From the NCBI RefSeq assembly GCF_902652985.1, contig NC_047022.1, positions 6,138,001 to 6,202,000 on the forward strand: a DNA stretch of 64,000 nucleotides. The letters are read 5' to 3'. The DNA comes from Pecten maximus (Eukaryota). The notes beneath the pieces are model-generated. The model saw nothing but the letters and a program-made list of their open reading frames with translations, made no database searches and was not told where the DNA came from. The translations under genes and the position numbers were made by a program. Every line of letters starts with the position of its first letter. Positions within the stretch are counted from its first letter, which is position 1. This document shows positions 14,384 through 27,552 of the stretch, one piece after another.

Positions 14384-15084
14384 ACTGAGGAATCACTTCG
14401 CCTATAGCATTTTTAATTATGTTTATATATTCTAGATTCCCCAATAAATTATTATTAAACTTCCAAGTACCACATCCACGTTCTGTTTTGTTAACTTCAA
14501 ATTCAATATAGACATGTGAGTGATCAGATTCATATGCTATGTCCATATTAGCATTTTGAATATAATTTTGCAATTGCAATTGATGAGATCAGAAAAAATT
14601 CTAACAGACATTTTTTCCCATAAGGGCCAAACCATGTATATTTCCTTGACTTTTCATTTAACTCTCGCCTAAGATCCATTGAATCTATGTTTTGCATGAT
14701 ATTATGAAATTCCCTACTGGCTTTTGTATTATTACGATTCATATAATTAGTTGTATCAATTTCATATTCTAGGGGGACGTTCCGATCGCCTGCAATTATT
14801 ACAGTATCATTTCCAAGGAATTCAATTTTCCTTTGTGCGCAAGTAAAAAATTCTGGACTGTCATCATTAGTGCAATATATGCCACAAAGGGTGAGTTTTA
14901 TATCTTGTTTTATAATATTAAATAACAAATAGTTTCCATTTAGGTCTTGGACAATATATATTATTTTATATTCAAAGCAGTTTTTAAAAATAATTGCTAT
15001 ACCCCTGCTTTGAGAGGAGAAAGAGGCAAAAAATACTTTTCCTCTCCATTCATTTCTTCATACGTTTTCAGTACTTGAATCACT

Positions 15085-15250
15085 TAAGCAATGAACACTG
15101 GTTTCAATGTTGTAATTGTCGATATGGCAGCATGATGTATGCTGTGCAAAAGGCATGGGAACCCATTAGGGTGTCCATGCTACATTTGCCCACCATACAT
15201 CTTGCTGCCATATCGACTATAGCAACATTAAAACCACTGTTCAATACTTA
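15085..15250. mobile_element. Fold-back MITE
   Basis: About 55-bp imperfect inverted repeats (…GTCGATATGGCAGCA…ATGTATG / CATACAT…TGCTGCCATATCGAC…). Confidence 0.6.
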
Positions 15251-16742
15251 TATAACATTGAAAAAAACTAAACCAACACAAAAAATCCCGCCTTTTTTAA
15301 TGTCACATGACCCACTGGGTGTTATAGCCTGTGGCACTGGGTGTTATAGGCGTATGGTGGCAACTGCCTCTTAGCATTGTGTCGATGGGGAAATGCGGAG
15401 CAAATGTAAATAATATGTGTATGTTAGAATAGAAATGTCATACTTGGATCGACAGCGATGGAAGAAGTCCCGCCTCTTGATGATACATGTATCACTAGAC
15501 AAGCCCCGACAATTCAAACATCTTATTCTTATTCTATCTATATTCATAATTAGATATCATTATAAACTTAAACATTTGAATCATGGTTGCAAAAATTAAC
15601 AATGCAGTTTTATAAGAAAAATGGAAAAACACGCTCCCCAAACCTAATATGAAATCTTCCCTTCAAACATTTGAAGGATAGGAAACGCGTGAAACTTGTA
15701 TACTTTGACACGTGTAAGTCTTCGTTTTAGAATTCTTGTATGTAGCATAAAGTAATAATTAAGTTCTCTTTATTCTTGAAGTGATTGAATATTCACCCAA
15801 AGAAAGACGTTTTCTGTCATATTTATATGAACTACCACATTTTTTATGCATATATAACTGTAACTAATGTGTGTGCTTGGTTCACTCTCAGTGTGAAATA
15901 AGAAGTTGCATGGCTATACTATATAGCCTGTGTGCGGTAGACATGACCTTCTGTATGCGCATGTCACATTCGTGCACATGTGTGCAAGTGAGTATACTTG
16001 TACTAGTTTGTATACAAAGTATTTGGGTTTATATATAACTGTTGTATATGTGGTAATATGTACGTTTACTTTTAAGCAGTACAAATGTAGGTTTCAGAAA
16101 CAGCAGCCAGGTTATTGCTCTTTTTTATTACTATTATTATTTTGTATGGGAAAGCCTGAGAGGACCTCGGGCTTCCCAGGCATCGAAAGTATTTTGTATG
16201 TAAAGGTACACGCGGGTGTTGTTGTATATGTAGTAATATGTATGTTTAAGTCTAAGTAATCTACCAATGTTAATACATACATTTATATATTTGATTGTTA
16301 ATATATACACATGGATGTACGATGTGTAGAAAGCAGGCCAAACTAAATTTCCCTCAAAACCCTATGGTTACTCAAGGAAATTTTCTTTTTTCGGTTTCTT
16401 TTTTATCATTTTTTTACAACTCATGTTTCTCTATTGTGGTGAATAATGAAACTTATTTCTTGCGTATTTACATATTACTCGTACTAGTAAATACATCTTA
16501 CCGTGTTAATAAAATGCACCATTTTATATCACTTAAACCTCGCATTTTTCAAACTGGTTATTTTTGGACACGGGAGTATCCCTACTACTGTATGTGTATG
16601 AGATAACATAATGCCCGTTGATTATTTTTCCCACCGTGTTCGTACTGGTTTGTATCATGCGAGGTCAAGTCGTTTACCTTACAGTAAACAATTAGATGTA
16701 CTCTGCGTCTTAGCGACCAATTTATTTGGTATGTACAAAATC

Positions 16743-17278
16743 GTTCCTGCAGGTAGGGCGTAAGAATTGTACCTGCTGCACCCATTGCATGATCGTAAGA
16801 GACGACTAAACTTGGGATCTTATCTTTTCTCTTCTTTCTAAACAACTTTCTTCTTCCTAATGTCTCCCTTGACAATGCCTCACTTTTGGCATTTAGTTGA
16901 GCGTTTGCCGCTGTGAGGAAGGTTTTGGGTTCTGTCCCCTGGTCGGGACATACCAGAGTCTTTAAAAATGGTAGTTGCTACTCCTGCTTGGCGCTCAGCA
17001 AATTAGGAGTGGGACGACTGGTTCGCCCGTTGTCAGTATAATGTGACCGGGTGGGGTGTGCTGCTGGGTGTCTTCGGCAGTATGCTTCAGTAAGGTAGCA
17101 CTCTAAATCGGCAAAAGATCCGGCCTATCACAAGGAGACTTAACACGAACATACCGCAGCCTCCCAAAACTAACATACGCAATCACCACACGCATACATG
17201 TCGCACGCACAGGATGCCGTCCTTAAATGACCTTAGCTGTTAATAGGACGTTAAACAAAATAAACCAAACCAAACCAA
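16743..17278 (+). mobile_element. MetaSINE-type retroposon with extra 5' leader
   Basis: 12-bp TSD ATGTACAAAATC (16731-16742, 17279-17290); degenerate tRNA-like head at about 16887-16947; Meta core TTTAAAAATGGTAGTTGCTACTCCTGCTTGGCGCTCAGCA; 3' tail TAAATGACCTTAGCTGTTAATAGGACGTTAAAC followed by (AAACC)n. Confidence 0.8.
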
Positions 17279-17499
17279 ATGTACAAAATCAATGCTCTAC
17301 CAATCATATTGATTCTTTATATGCTTGTACACGACAAGCTTTCCAAAAACGTAATGATAAGATACATGTATTTGAGGATCATTTTGATACTGTACCTGCA
17401 ATTGTAATCATGAAGTATACCGTGTACTGTATATTACCGTCAGGCCTTTTTTACCTACTATTACGTTGCGAATGGTACTATTACTTCATATACGTTATT

Positions 17500-20400
17500 G
17501 AAAGCTGTTCACCTATAATGTATATTGCACATCTTTTTAGTCTCATAAATTTGCTTCTTCGCTGTGGAGATATTGAAAGTAACTCAGGTCCTGAAAATTC
17601 CTCCCTATGTTCTGATTTAACTATTCTTAACCAATATTATTTATCATTAGTACATTACAACGTTCAGAGTTTATTACCAAAAACTAATTTAATTTTTAGT
17701 GAATTACACCAGTATGACATTTTATCATTTACTGAAACCTGGTTAACACCGAATACAGAAAATGCAAGTGAACTTTTGAATTCTAAGTTTCATGATCCAT
17801 TTGTAAAATCACGGTCAGATAGAATTGGTGGAGGTATTGCTGTGTATGTCAATAAAGATACTACTGCGTGTCGACGCCCGGAATTTGAAGTAAATAATCT
17901 TGAATGTATTTGGGTTGAATTGCATATCAATAATAGGATTATCATGTTGGGAACTTTTTATAGACCACCAAACTCTGGAAATGAAACTTGGAATTTAATT
18001 GACCACTCTATTGATTTGGTAACAAATTGTAAATCTGATAGCATTTTAATTACAGGTGATTTTAATGAAAACCAGTTAGCCGTTAACCCTTGTCGAATTA
18101 TTGATTTAATGTATAGATATAATCTTATCCAACTTGTTGATGAGCCTACTCATTTTACTGTAGACTCATCGTCTCTTCTAGATATACTTTTGACAAATGA
18201 TTTAAATGTTATTAAGAAAGTTGTTGTCGGCGAATCGTTTTTGCCAGCTGATACTAGATACCACTGTCCCATCTACACATATTTAGATATTGGCCGTAAT
18301 ACTTTGAATATTAACATTGAAAGACATATTTGGTTATATAAAAATGGTGATTATGAAAGGTTTTGTGATAGCTTGAATGATATTGACTGGAGTAGCCCAC
18401 TTGAAAATTTAACCGTTAATAAATTCGCTATCTTTTTTAATTCAAAAATTTTAGAAATAGCAAAAAAATGTATTCCTAATAAAACCGATTTTATAAGACA
18501 TAGTGAGCCACCATGGATACATAGTGAAGTAAGAAAACTAATAAGGGTTCGAAAAAGATTACATCGGAAAGCTAAAAACACACAAACTCCATATCATTGG
18601 CAGCAATTTAAACATGCAAGAAATAAATGTATAGATGCTATAAGGAAAGCAAAAAGTGAATATGTTTTAAAGTTAACGGGTAAAATAAAAAATATGTCTA
18701 CTTCGACACGAGACTGGTGGAAATTAATTAATACTTTTACAAAGTTTTCAACAAAACAATCTCGTATACCGACATTATTACACAACGATATAAATTATGA
18801 GGACGATAAACAAAAGGCAGATATTTTTAATTATTACTTTACAAGCTAGTCTACAATTGATGACTCCCATGTAACACTTCCGCGTAATATAGTTACTCCA
18901 GAATATAAACTGGAAAACATTTTCATATCTGAACAAGATGTTAAAGATGCAATGTGTATGTTAGATACTTCTAAAGCATCAGGTCCTGATAGTATCAGTC
19001 CTAAAATCATTAAAGAAGCAAAAACTAATTCAATAATTTCAATTCTTTCCAGGTTTTTTAATAAATCTATCGACTGTGGTATATGTCCTTTATATGGAAA
19101 GAAGCAAATATCACGCCAGTCTTTAAGAAAGGCAATAAATGTATTGTATCAAATTACAGACCTATATCTTTGATAAGTATCGTAGGTAAACTAATGGAAA
19201 GGTGTATTTTTAAACATATTTATAATTTCTATAGAGATACAATTTTTTTTTACAAAATGTCAGTCAGGATTTACACCAGGGGATTCCTCAGGTAACCAGT
19301 TATTAAGTATTACAGATGATATCGGGAGGGCTTTAGATGCGGGTAAAGAAATTATAGCTGTATTTTGTGATATTAGTATAGCTTTCGATGGAGTTTGGCA
19401 TAGGGGTCTTATACACAAACTACAAAAATCGGGTATCTCTGGAAAACTATTGTCTTGGTGTAAAAACTATTTATCTGACAGATGTCAAAGAGTTGTACTT
19501 AATGGAATTTCTTCTGAAACTCAAAATATTACTGCAGGCGTACCTCAAGGCTCAATTTAAGGTCCTCTTTTCTTCCTGGTATATATAAACGATATAGTAA
19601 ATGATATGAACTGTGGCGAACAAGTGGTTAGTAAAATTCAATCCAGACAAAACAGAATCGTTATTATTCAGCAAAAAAACTTCACAAAGAACTTATGACC
19701 CTATAACTATGAATAATATAAATGTAACTAGTGTAAAATCCCACAAACATTTAGGAGTATTGTTGTCTGATGATGGTACATGGAATAACCATATTGATTA
19801 TATATTGAAGAAAGTTTCACCAAGGCTGGCTGTATTAAGAAATTTAAAAAACATCCTCGATAGAAATTCTCTTGAAACAATTTATCTCTCTTTTATAAGA
19901 CCTATATTGGAGTATTCTGATTTTGTCTGGTATAATTTACCAAATTATTTAAGTCAAAACTTAGAAAACATACAGATAGAAGCTGCGAGAATAGTTACGG
20001 GTGCTACAAAATTATCAAGTGTAAGTTTATTATATAAAGATGTTGGGTGGGAAAAGCTATCTAAAAGACGGGAAAATCATAAAATTTTACAGTTTCACAA
20101 AATGTATCATAAAAAAACTCCATCATATCTATCTGAATTAGTCCCATGCCGGGTGTCAGAAAGCCACAGACATAATACCAGAAATTCAAATAATTTACTT
20201 TCAATTAATTGTAGAACTCAGTATTATAAAGACTCTTTTTTATCCTCGTCAGTACATTTATGGAATCTATTACCTTTAGATATTCGCGAAAATCCCTCGG
20301 CCAATATAATTAAAGCTTTTTTTTACAAAAAGACAAAGTAATCATTCCTAAATACTTTAACATTGGAAGTAGACATCTTCAAATTTTACATACACATTTA

Positions 20401-21127
20401 AGACTAAAATGTAGTAATCTAAATCAACATTTGTACATTAGAAATCTGGAAGATAGTCCATTATGTACCTGTGGATCAGTTGAGAGTACTCATCATTATT
20501 TACTCTCTTGTGAAAAATACACCACGATCAGACAAAATACTTTATTACAGTTAGATATTATTCTTAAAAAAAAACAACACTTTTATGGGGTAATGATGTT
20601 TATACAAAGCAGAAAAATGAGGAAATATTTTTAGCAGTACAAAAATGTATTCATCTAAGTAAACGCTTTAGTTAATATTTATGTTTTGTATGGTATCGTA
20701 TACATATTTGTACTTCGTACTGTAGGGTAAATTTATATATCAACGGTCATACAATATAATGGTGTCATGAATCATCTATAATCAATTCTATTCAACACAT
20801 GTACTTTCACAAAATTATGTAAAATGTTACATTTGTACTTCGTACTTAAAGGTAACTCATTTATCTATAGTCTAACAATACAATGGCGTCAAAAATCATG
20901 TCTGTCAATTATATTCACCACATGTATATTTTTATAACTATGTAAAATATTATTTTGTTCTTAGTTATCAAAATTAAGGTGTCCTAGTTCCGAAGATGTA
21001 TTTGCTTTTCTGTGTGATTGGGAAAGGAATTGATATAAGCTTTAAGCTTGTTTTCCCATCCCATTTGCTATTTTCTGTATATGTAATGTTATTGTGTCTG
21101 GTTGAATAAAATAATGTTTAAACTAAA
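17500..21127 (+). mobile_element. CR1/L2-group LINE ORF2 (APE endonuclease + RT), decayed, with 3' UTR
   Basis: APE motifs YNVQSL, FTETWL, GGGIAVY, FYRPP, GDFN and DILL; RT motifs KASGPD, NYRPISL, QSGF and GVPQGS. Stops, frameshifts, and a deletion removing the YADD region near 19610. Ends with GAATAAAATAATGTTTAAACTAAAC. The 5' boundary is approximate. Confidence 0.9.
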
Positions 21128-23213
21128 CATTTGATATTTCTCACATCAATCCTGAAGCACCGAGGAGCTATAGACTGATGGTAACATCGGGTAAACAGCT
21201 TCCTCAACAAAAAAGACTAGACCCTAGAAACGTGTTCGCCTTCAAGATAAACTTAAACAAACAACTTTGGATATTATTTTTTTTAAATAAATAGGTATAA
21301 ATAGAACCAAGTTTATATATACTTAAAAAGAGTAAGACATGTCCTCTAGAGGAATTCAGAAACTTAATTGCTACTAATAAATGAAGAACACTGTAATTCA
21401 AAGTAAAAAAAAAAATAGATAAATGAGTGTAAAAAAGAGACAATAATAAACAAATTTAAACAGAAAAAATAATAAGAAAAACAAATAATTAAATGATATA
21501 CAATGTACTTGTGGGCAAAAGATAGCTTAATAAACACAAAAGACAAAATAAGTACCTATGGCTTAGCAAGTGAATAAGTTTATATATCAGAAGAACCAGC
21601 AATTGCACTGATGAATTGTCTGACGATAACAAACGTTCATAAGATACCCAAGAGTTATAGGAATTATATATATCATGAACTTATCTTGACTATGACATGA
21701 TATCGTATGTCATTTCAGCATTATGAAATACAAATGAATAAAAGTGTAGAACAATCAACACATATAGAAACAAATCAGTAACTGATACACGTTTGTATAT
21801 CTGTGCACAGTAAACATATAGTATTCATTTGATCTAGATACCTATAGGCCTGTAGACAATAGTTAGAATTTTTCCCTTTCAATATCAACTCAGCAATTTG
21901 CAAAAATATGTAGTAATTATAGCATCTTAAAGTCTGCAGACAAAAACGTTGTTTGCATCTTGACTTGTAAGCAATAATATCACCAACGAGTTACTTCACA
22001 CACGATTCATATGTTAATTCTTCAAATTGTCATCATACTGATCTTACCCTGAAAAAGGCGAGTCAGCATTCGACACGAAATAATACACAACATTTATCAA
22101 TCTCTTCCAGTGAGATACTTATACGCAACAATTTCAACAAACATTTATTACTCTAAACATTTTCATTATGATTTTTTGTGCGTAAAACTTAATTTTGCAC
22201 ATATGATTTCAAAACACCCTCTTGATGTTCCATCTACAATAATTGGTAAGGATAAGTGTTTATGCTGGTTAGTGATTTCAATGGGTGTATTTTCAAATGT
22301 GAAAGACAGAACAAAAGAAGTTGTCTACTTGACTCTAACTTGGCAATCGGAACACCTCGCCTCCGTCTGCGAAGGTCTAGTTTCGGAGAAAATGACGAGG
22401 GGTTCCGATTGTCTAACTAGGGCCTCGGTTTTGGTAGGGTTAAAGAACATCAGCCATTTTATTTTTTACCAAAATTAAAGTTGTCTTAGATCACTTCTTA
22501 CCTCAGCTTCAATAATATTTAAGTCGTTGGACGGAAAGGAAAGAGAAGTATCATCTGTGGAAAGCGTAGACAGAGAAGAAATTAACAGGAAATATTATTT
22601 ATGTATAATAAGAAGAAAAGTATACCAAGAACGGAACCTTGAGAAACATCAGGATTTATAGTCTTAAACGAGACATGATTTTATTCAAACGGTCAGAATA
22701 GTGTTGTATTGATATATTTCTTGATAAAACCGGCTATTTATGTCAGGTAAAGACATATAAAATGTCTAATTTGAGCTTTTCATAATTAATTTTTCACACA
22801 CTCACAAAAAAAAAAAAAAAAAAAAATAAAAAAATAAAAAATCGCACGACATTTATTGATAATCAATTATATTATAATCTGTTTCATAAAAAAATATAAG
22901 CGCACTGAATTCTTTAGTTTTTTTCATTACACACTAAGAAGATGTTTATGTAAACCTGGCATATATAGGAACGTGTATGGCTCGCCCGTGTAGACTTATA
23001 TATATACAATTATATAGTATGTGTATTGATACAGACGACACGGTTACCTGTGATCGATGTCATTCTGATCAATGTCGCCGGCTAAACTTTGCGTTAACTT
23101 TTTAATTCTCACATTTTTATACAAATTTTTTTTTTCAACATATCACTGACTTAACAACACCAGTCGTTTTTGATATAAACTAATTGACATAATATAATAA
23201 TTATATATACTCA

Positions 23214-23650
23214 CTAAAAATGGTAGTTGCTGCTCATGCTTAGCGCTCAGCAAATTAGGAGTGGGACGACTGGTTCACCCGTTGTCAGTATGGGTGGGGT
23301 TACTCCTATACGTATATGAAGTCTTATTCCACCTGATTACATTGGTGGATATTGCGAGATGACAGCCTGTCAAAAGTTTCCTGTCGTGTAAACCTTTAAT
23401 ATTGTTGGAGCACGGGTGGGGTGTGCTGCTGGGTGTCTTCGGCAGTATGCTTCAACGAGGTAGCACTATAAATCGGCAAAAGTTCCGGCCTATCACAAGG
23501 AGACTGAACATAAATATACCGCAGCCTCCCAAAACACGCATGCGCACTCATCACACGCATGCATGTCGAACGCACAGGAGGCCGTCCTTAAATGACCTTA
23601 GCTGTTAATAAAACGTTAAACAAAATAAACCAAACTAAACGAAACGAAAC
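23214..23650 (+). mobile_element. 5'-truncated copy of the same MetaSINE, interrupted at 23301-23413
   Basis: Closely similar to 16963-17278 in the Meta core, body and tail. Confidence 0.85.
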
Positions 23651-23854
23651 TTTAAGCATTCCGAGATTATATTTCATGATATTGATTTTTTTATGATACA
23701 GCAATATCAAATTTATGTTGGCCTACTATATATAACAAAGTGTCATGCTTCACATTAAGTAAGACCTTACAAGTGACCAAAATATATATATATAAAAAAA
23801 ATGGAGCTCATCCGACTAGCCAGGGACAAATCACACAAAAAAAAAAGATATAGA

Positions 23855-24000
23855 GAATACATGGTCAGTGTCTTAAAATATAAGCTGTATTTTGGCGAGG
23901 GTAAAGAAAGACAAAAGTGGCGAGCCTTGGCGAGCCACTTTTGTCTTTCTGTCCCGAGCCAAAAATACAGCTTATATCTTAAGACACTGACCATGTATTC
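23855..24000. repeat. Long near-perfect palindrome (MITE-like)
   Basis: About 65-bp arms: GAATACATGGTCAGTGTCTTAA…GACAAAAGTGGC / GCCACTTTTGTC…TTAAGACACTGACCATGTATTC. Confidence 0.75.
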
Positions 24001-26607
24001 CATTTATCCTGCAACAGACATAAAAATAATCATCAGAAATAATCATTTTGAAGTGGAACGGTGTCAAAAATGACAGAAATATGTTCGCCTTTTAAACGTA
24101 GTTTCACTTTGAAGTAGGTCAGTCGAACTGACGCACGTGCTATGATTCCAAAATACAGCTGTTTTCCGTCACTGCCGTATACAGCAAAAATATATACGGT
24201 GGGTGTATTCCGACAATGCGGTGGCAGTTGCAGGATAAATATATATATTGGATCGCGGGAGTGGACACCATATTCCCTGACGAGATAGCATACAGACAAG
24301 TTAAACTCCTTGGGTTCCAGGCTACATTAATATGGACATACAATTAGATATATCAAAAAACATTTACCATTAAATTGTTTTCTCCCAACGGTTTTATTTA
24401 TCAAAAATATTTGATGACATGCAAGAACACTAACGAGATTGAAATATGTCACATTTCCTTAGTATAGAAGGGAGAAGTTTTATTAAATCATGTATATACC
24501 GTCAGATTTAAGTTTGGTTTCCTGATGATAGCCTTTCCCTTTAAGCCGCTTATAATATTAATAAAAAAATCACACCTTCATGAACTTAGCGTCAAATTGA
24601 ATATTTCTGATGGAATGTAGATTAAATATTTAAGAACGCATATAAAGTTTTTACTTGGCCTATCTAACTGTTCAAGTTAAGAAAAAAATCTCATTTGAAT
24701 AATATTATTTTATTTCCTTAAGCGGCATATGATGCATTCGAAAATGGTGAATTTGGTGAGTGTTGATGTAAGTTGTGTCAGAGATTTGGTGCGTGGGTAC
24801 TGTAATAAGAGTACTGATCTGCCATATCATATCACATGGTATGTTGGTGACTGTAATACAGAATCATTTAGGACTTGCTGACTTTGTCCAATTTTTTGTT
24901 AGTAGCCCAAGTCTAGCAAAGGTATTTTCGCACAGTATGGAAATATCGCACACCTGGCGATTTTTGTTCTCGTTTTTCCTCCAAGTTACAGAAGACTGTG
25001 CTTTTTTTGTTTATATGGTAACTAATACCAGACTTTCGTCGTACTTTAGCCGTTTTAAATGTTTCACTTCGGATTAACTTCGTTTTGAAAACAAAATCTG
25101 CAGACACCCAGTCGCTCTCGGCGCCTTGTTTACATTACCTCCGTACATAGGGAGCGGTCATTATTGGAAGCTGAAACTGCGGTGAATTGACACTTTCCAG
25201 TTTAACAATTTTTCATTTCATTTTGAAAAAAAATGCTTTAATCATTGAATTGGTCTAAATCTTAGTTTTGGATACTGTTTGTCTTGCGCACATAAGGTTA
25301 CATGGATATTTAAAAATGATTTACGGATATTTAAAAAACGCGATGAATTATTGATATTCATAAATCGTCTGTAAATATCCATAGTTCGTATCTTAATATC
25401 CATAAATGAATTATGGATATCCATAATTAAAGTTGATTTATGGATATCCATAAATCGAAATGTGGATATTAGAATTATTTATGGATATAAATAGTGAAAT
25501 TTAGAATTATGTTACCTACAGAGGGATAGCTTTGTTAATAAAACAAGCCAAAAATCGCTTGAAACATAACTTTTTAAATTTTCGTCGAAGTCGCATTAGG
25601 CCTAGTTTAGTCATGAAACATCATACATAAGCAAAAATGAAAATAATGTTTACGTAAGAAAAATTGATGCAATACTTCCTGTTCAGTAACATCCAAGTTT
25701 CTGACTTAGGAGACAACGCTTTAAGTAAAAGATTTGTTTACCTTGTCATAAATAAATGGGCCATCACATAATATGTATTATCAAAAAATTCAGTTTTAAG
25801 TGATTTTTAGCTATTTTTAGTAACAAATCCATACTCCTAACTGGTGTATAATACGAGACGAGAGTATGCATATTATATGCAAGTTGGCAGCTTCCCCAAC
25901 CTGAGCATAGTAGCCCTTAGAAGGAATGTTCATACCCTGCCTACACTGCTCTCCGGCACAACAATCGGTCAGTCTGTCCATCGTCCAGAGCTGGGTTTAT
26001 CGCAGCTAACAGCGACCATCATACGTCCTTCGTCCTACGTTATCAGTTGATTATCACAGCTAAGAAGCCTAGGCCTGGTTACAGCTATAATATACACATG
26101 CAGGTTGCTTGGATGAAAACCATGTCACCAAGTTGCATATAATACACAAACTTGCCTATTATAATTATGAACAGTTGGAATATGCTATTTAAACAAAAAA
26201 AAGAAAAGGTACATAATATGTTTTACTGAAAGCATTGGGTAATTATTAGAAATTTGACGTTTCTATACCAGAAATATTGCATAAAATTATTGTACTTTAA
26301 AACCTACAAGTAAATGTTATTTTTGTCTTTTTGTCATATTTCATAAATAAATAAATGTGATATGGATGAAAATTTTTAATAAGTTTAAAATTATTTTTGT
26401 TTTTCTAAATTTATGTATAATATGCAGATTTGCATATATTGTATATAATATGTCCCCTTTATAATATAATTCTTATGTGGACGAGAATGAATCTGTATAT
26501 GTAGCTAACAGTACACAAGGAGAAGGGTCATCTTCATCAGAGATAATATATATGCTGTGTGTTAATTGTATATGTTTCAGGGCTGAAAAGTACAGACATA
26601 TCTGATC

Positions 26608-26735
26608 ATGTCGCTTAGAACTCAAAGCACGATGCACTTTACTCTGCTAAGTAAGAATGTCCTGTCGCCAGAGGAACAAGAGTTGTATGAACTGGCAGAC
26701 CTAGCCGGCGTCGTTATAGATCCCGCGGTCTTCAA
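26608..26735 (+). CDS. MZT2: Mitotic-spindle organizing protein 2 (MOZART2), coding exon 1
   Basis: KNVLSPEEQELYELADLAGVVIDPAVFK matches the MZT2 core (VLSxEExELYELAxxAGxxIDPxVFK). Acceptor ttttcag-type at 26580, in-frame TGA upstream of the ATG, donor AA|gtatgt in phase 2. Confidence 0.9.
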
Positions 26736-26867
26736 GTATGTAGACACAGTGATGACAGCACAAACCTATTTATTATCTCATGAGAAATCATCCTTTTTTT
26801 TTTCTAAATTCCAGTCCTTTCTGAAACATCACAGGTTTTGTAAGTGTTATTAAATTTCAAGTAAAAC

Positions 26868-27035
26868 ATCTATCCCACCCCAGGACTCCAGGTTTGGTTA
26901 AGGGGAACCTCCTATACAATTTATTTGACAAATTACAAGTGTACATGTACATACCAGGTACTAAGAAGCTAAGTAATAAGGCAATCCAATCATGTATAAA
27001 ATTGATTTATTGTGGAGTCCTGGGGTCAAGTAGAT
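26868..27035. mobile_element. Small MITE in the MZT2 intron
   Basis: Inverted ends ATCTAT…ACCCCAGGACTCCA / TGGAGTCCTGGGGT…TAGAT. Confidence 0.55.
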
Positions 27036-27066
27036 AGTTTAATGGAATATAGCTCTAAGGTTTATT

Positions 27067-27145
27067 CACAGGGGCTTGGCACAATTTTCACTATAATACA
27101 TATATATATGGACCATCATTTGGAAAATCGTGCCAAGCCCCTGTG
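27067..27145. mobile_element. Palindromic mini-MITE (CACAGGGGCTTGGCAC TIR), copy 1
   Basis: Same family as 48762-48869. Confidence 0.75.
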
Positions 27146-27552
27146 GGTTTATTCATATAATACTAGTAGAAGAAATATAGCAAATTAAAAAAAAAAATAT
27201 TCGTCTTCTCTAGAAAGAAAGAATTTGGTCTGAATCATTCTCAGGCAAAGAATTCTTCTTAAGGAAAAAAATATAGGTGTCACCATATTCACTGCATTAT
27301 CTAGGTGAGCGATACAGTCTCTAATGACATTTTGTTAGTTGTGCACTGGATTTAGAGGATTGAGATTTTTGGAAAAAAAAATTTAATTGAAATTTTTGTC
27401 AGGTTTTTACTAGAGTACACGTAGTCATAATCAGACAAGTGGTTTTGGTTAAGTGTGCATCTTTGAATATCTCTTTGTATACATGTATATAAGAAAATTG
27501 TATGTCATCAATGGGTATACGTAGTTCTCTAAAAAAAAGTTACTCGTTACAG

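Larger units (their letters stand above)
7395..14995 (-). mobile_element. Fragmented L1/Tx1-like LINE ORF2 (pieces 14384-14995, 12428-13317, 10466-10990, 7395-8061)
   Basis: Endonuclease motifs (GIY, IIAGD.N, YTW, SDH, WKFNNNLL) and RT motifs (SESQSGFVKGRYIGE, GVQQGDPLSPYLFII, SQFAD) are colinear on the minus strand and separated by inserts with TSDs. Confidence 0.85.

Noticed and set aside
16887-16947. tRNA gene
   Set aside because: Degenerate A/B boxes with no cloverleaf; it is a SINE head.
17227-17500. N-terminus of the 540-aa ORF as a SINE-LINE fusion protein
   Set aside because: The first ATG lies in the SINE tail and the frame is open by chance; recognisable homology starts near the 2A-like motif.
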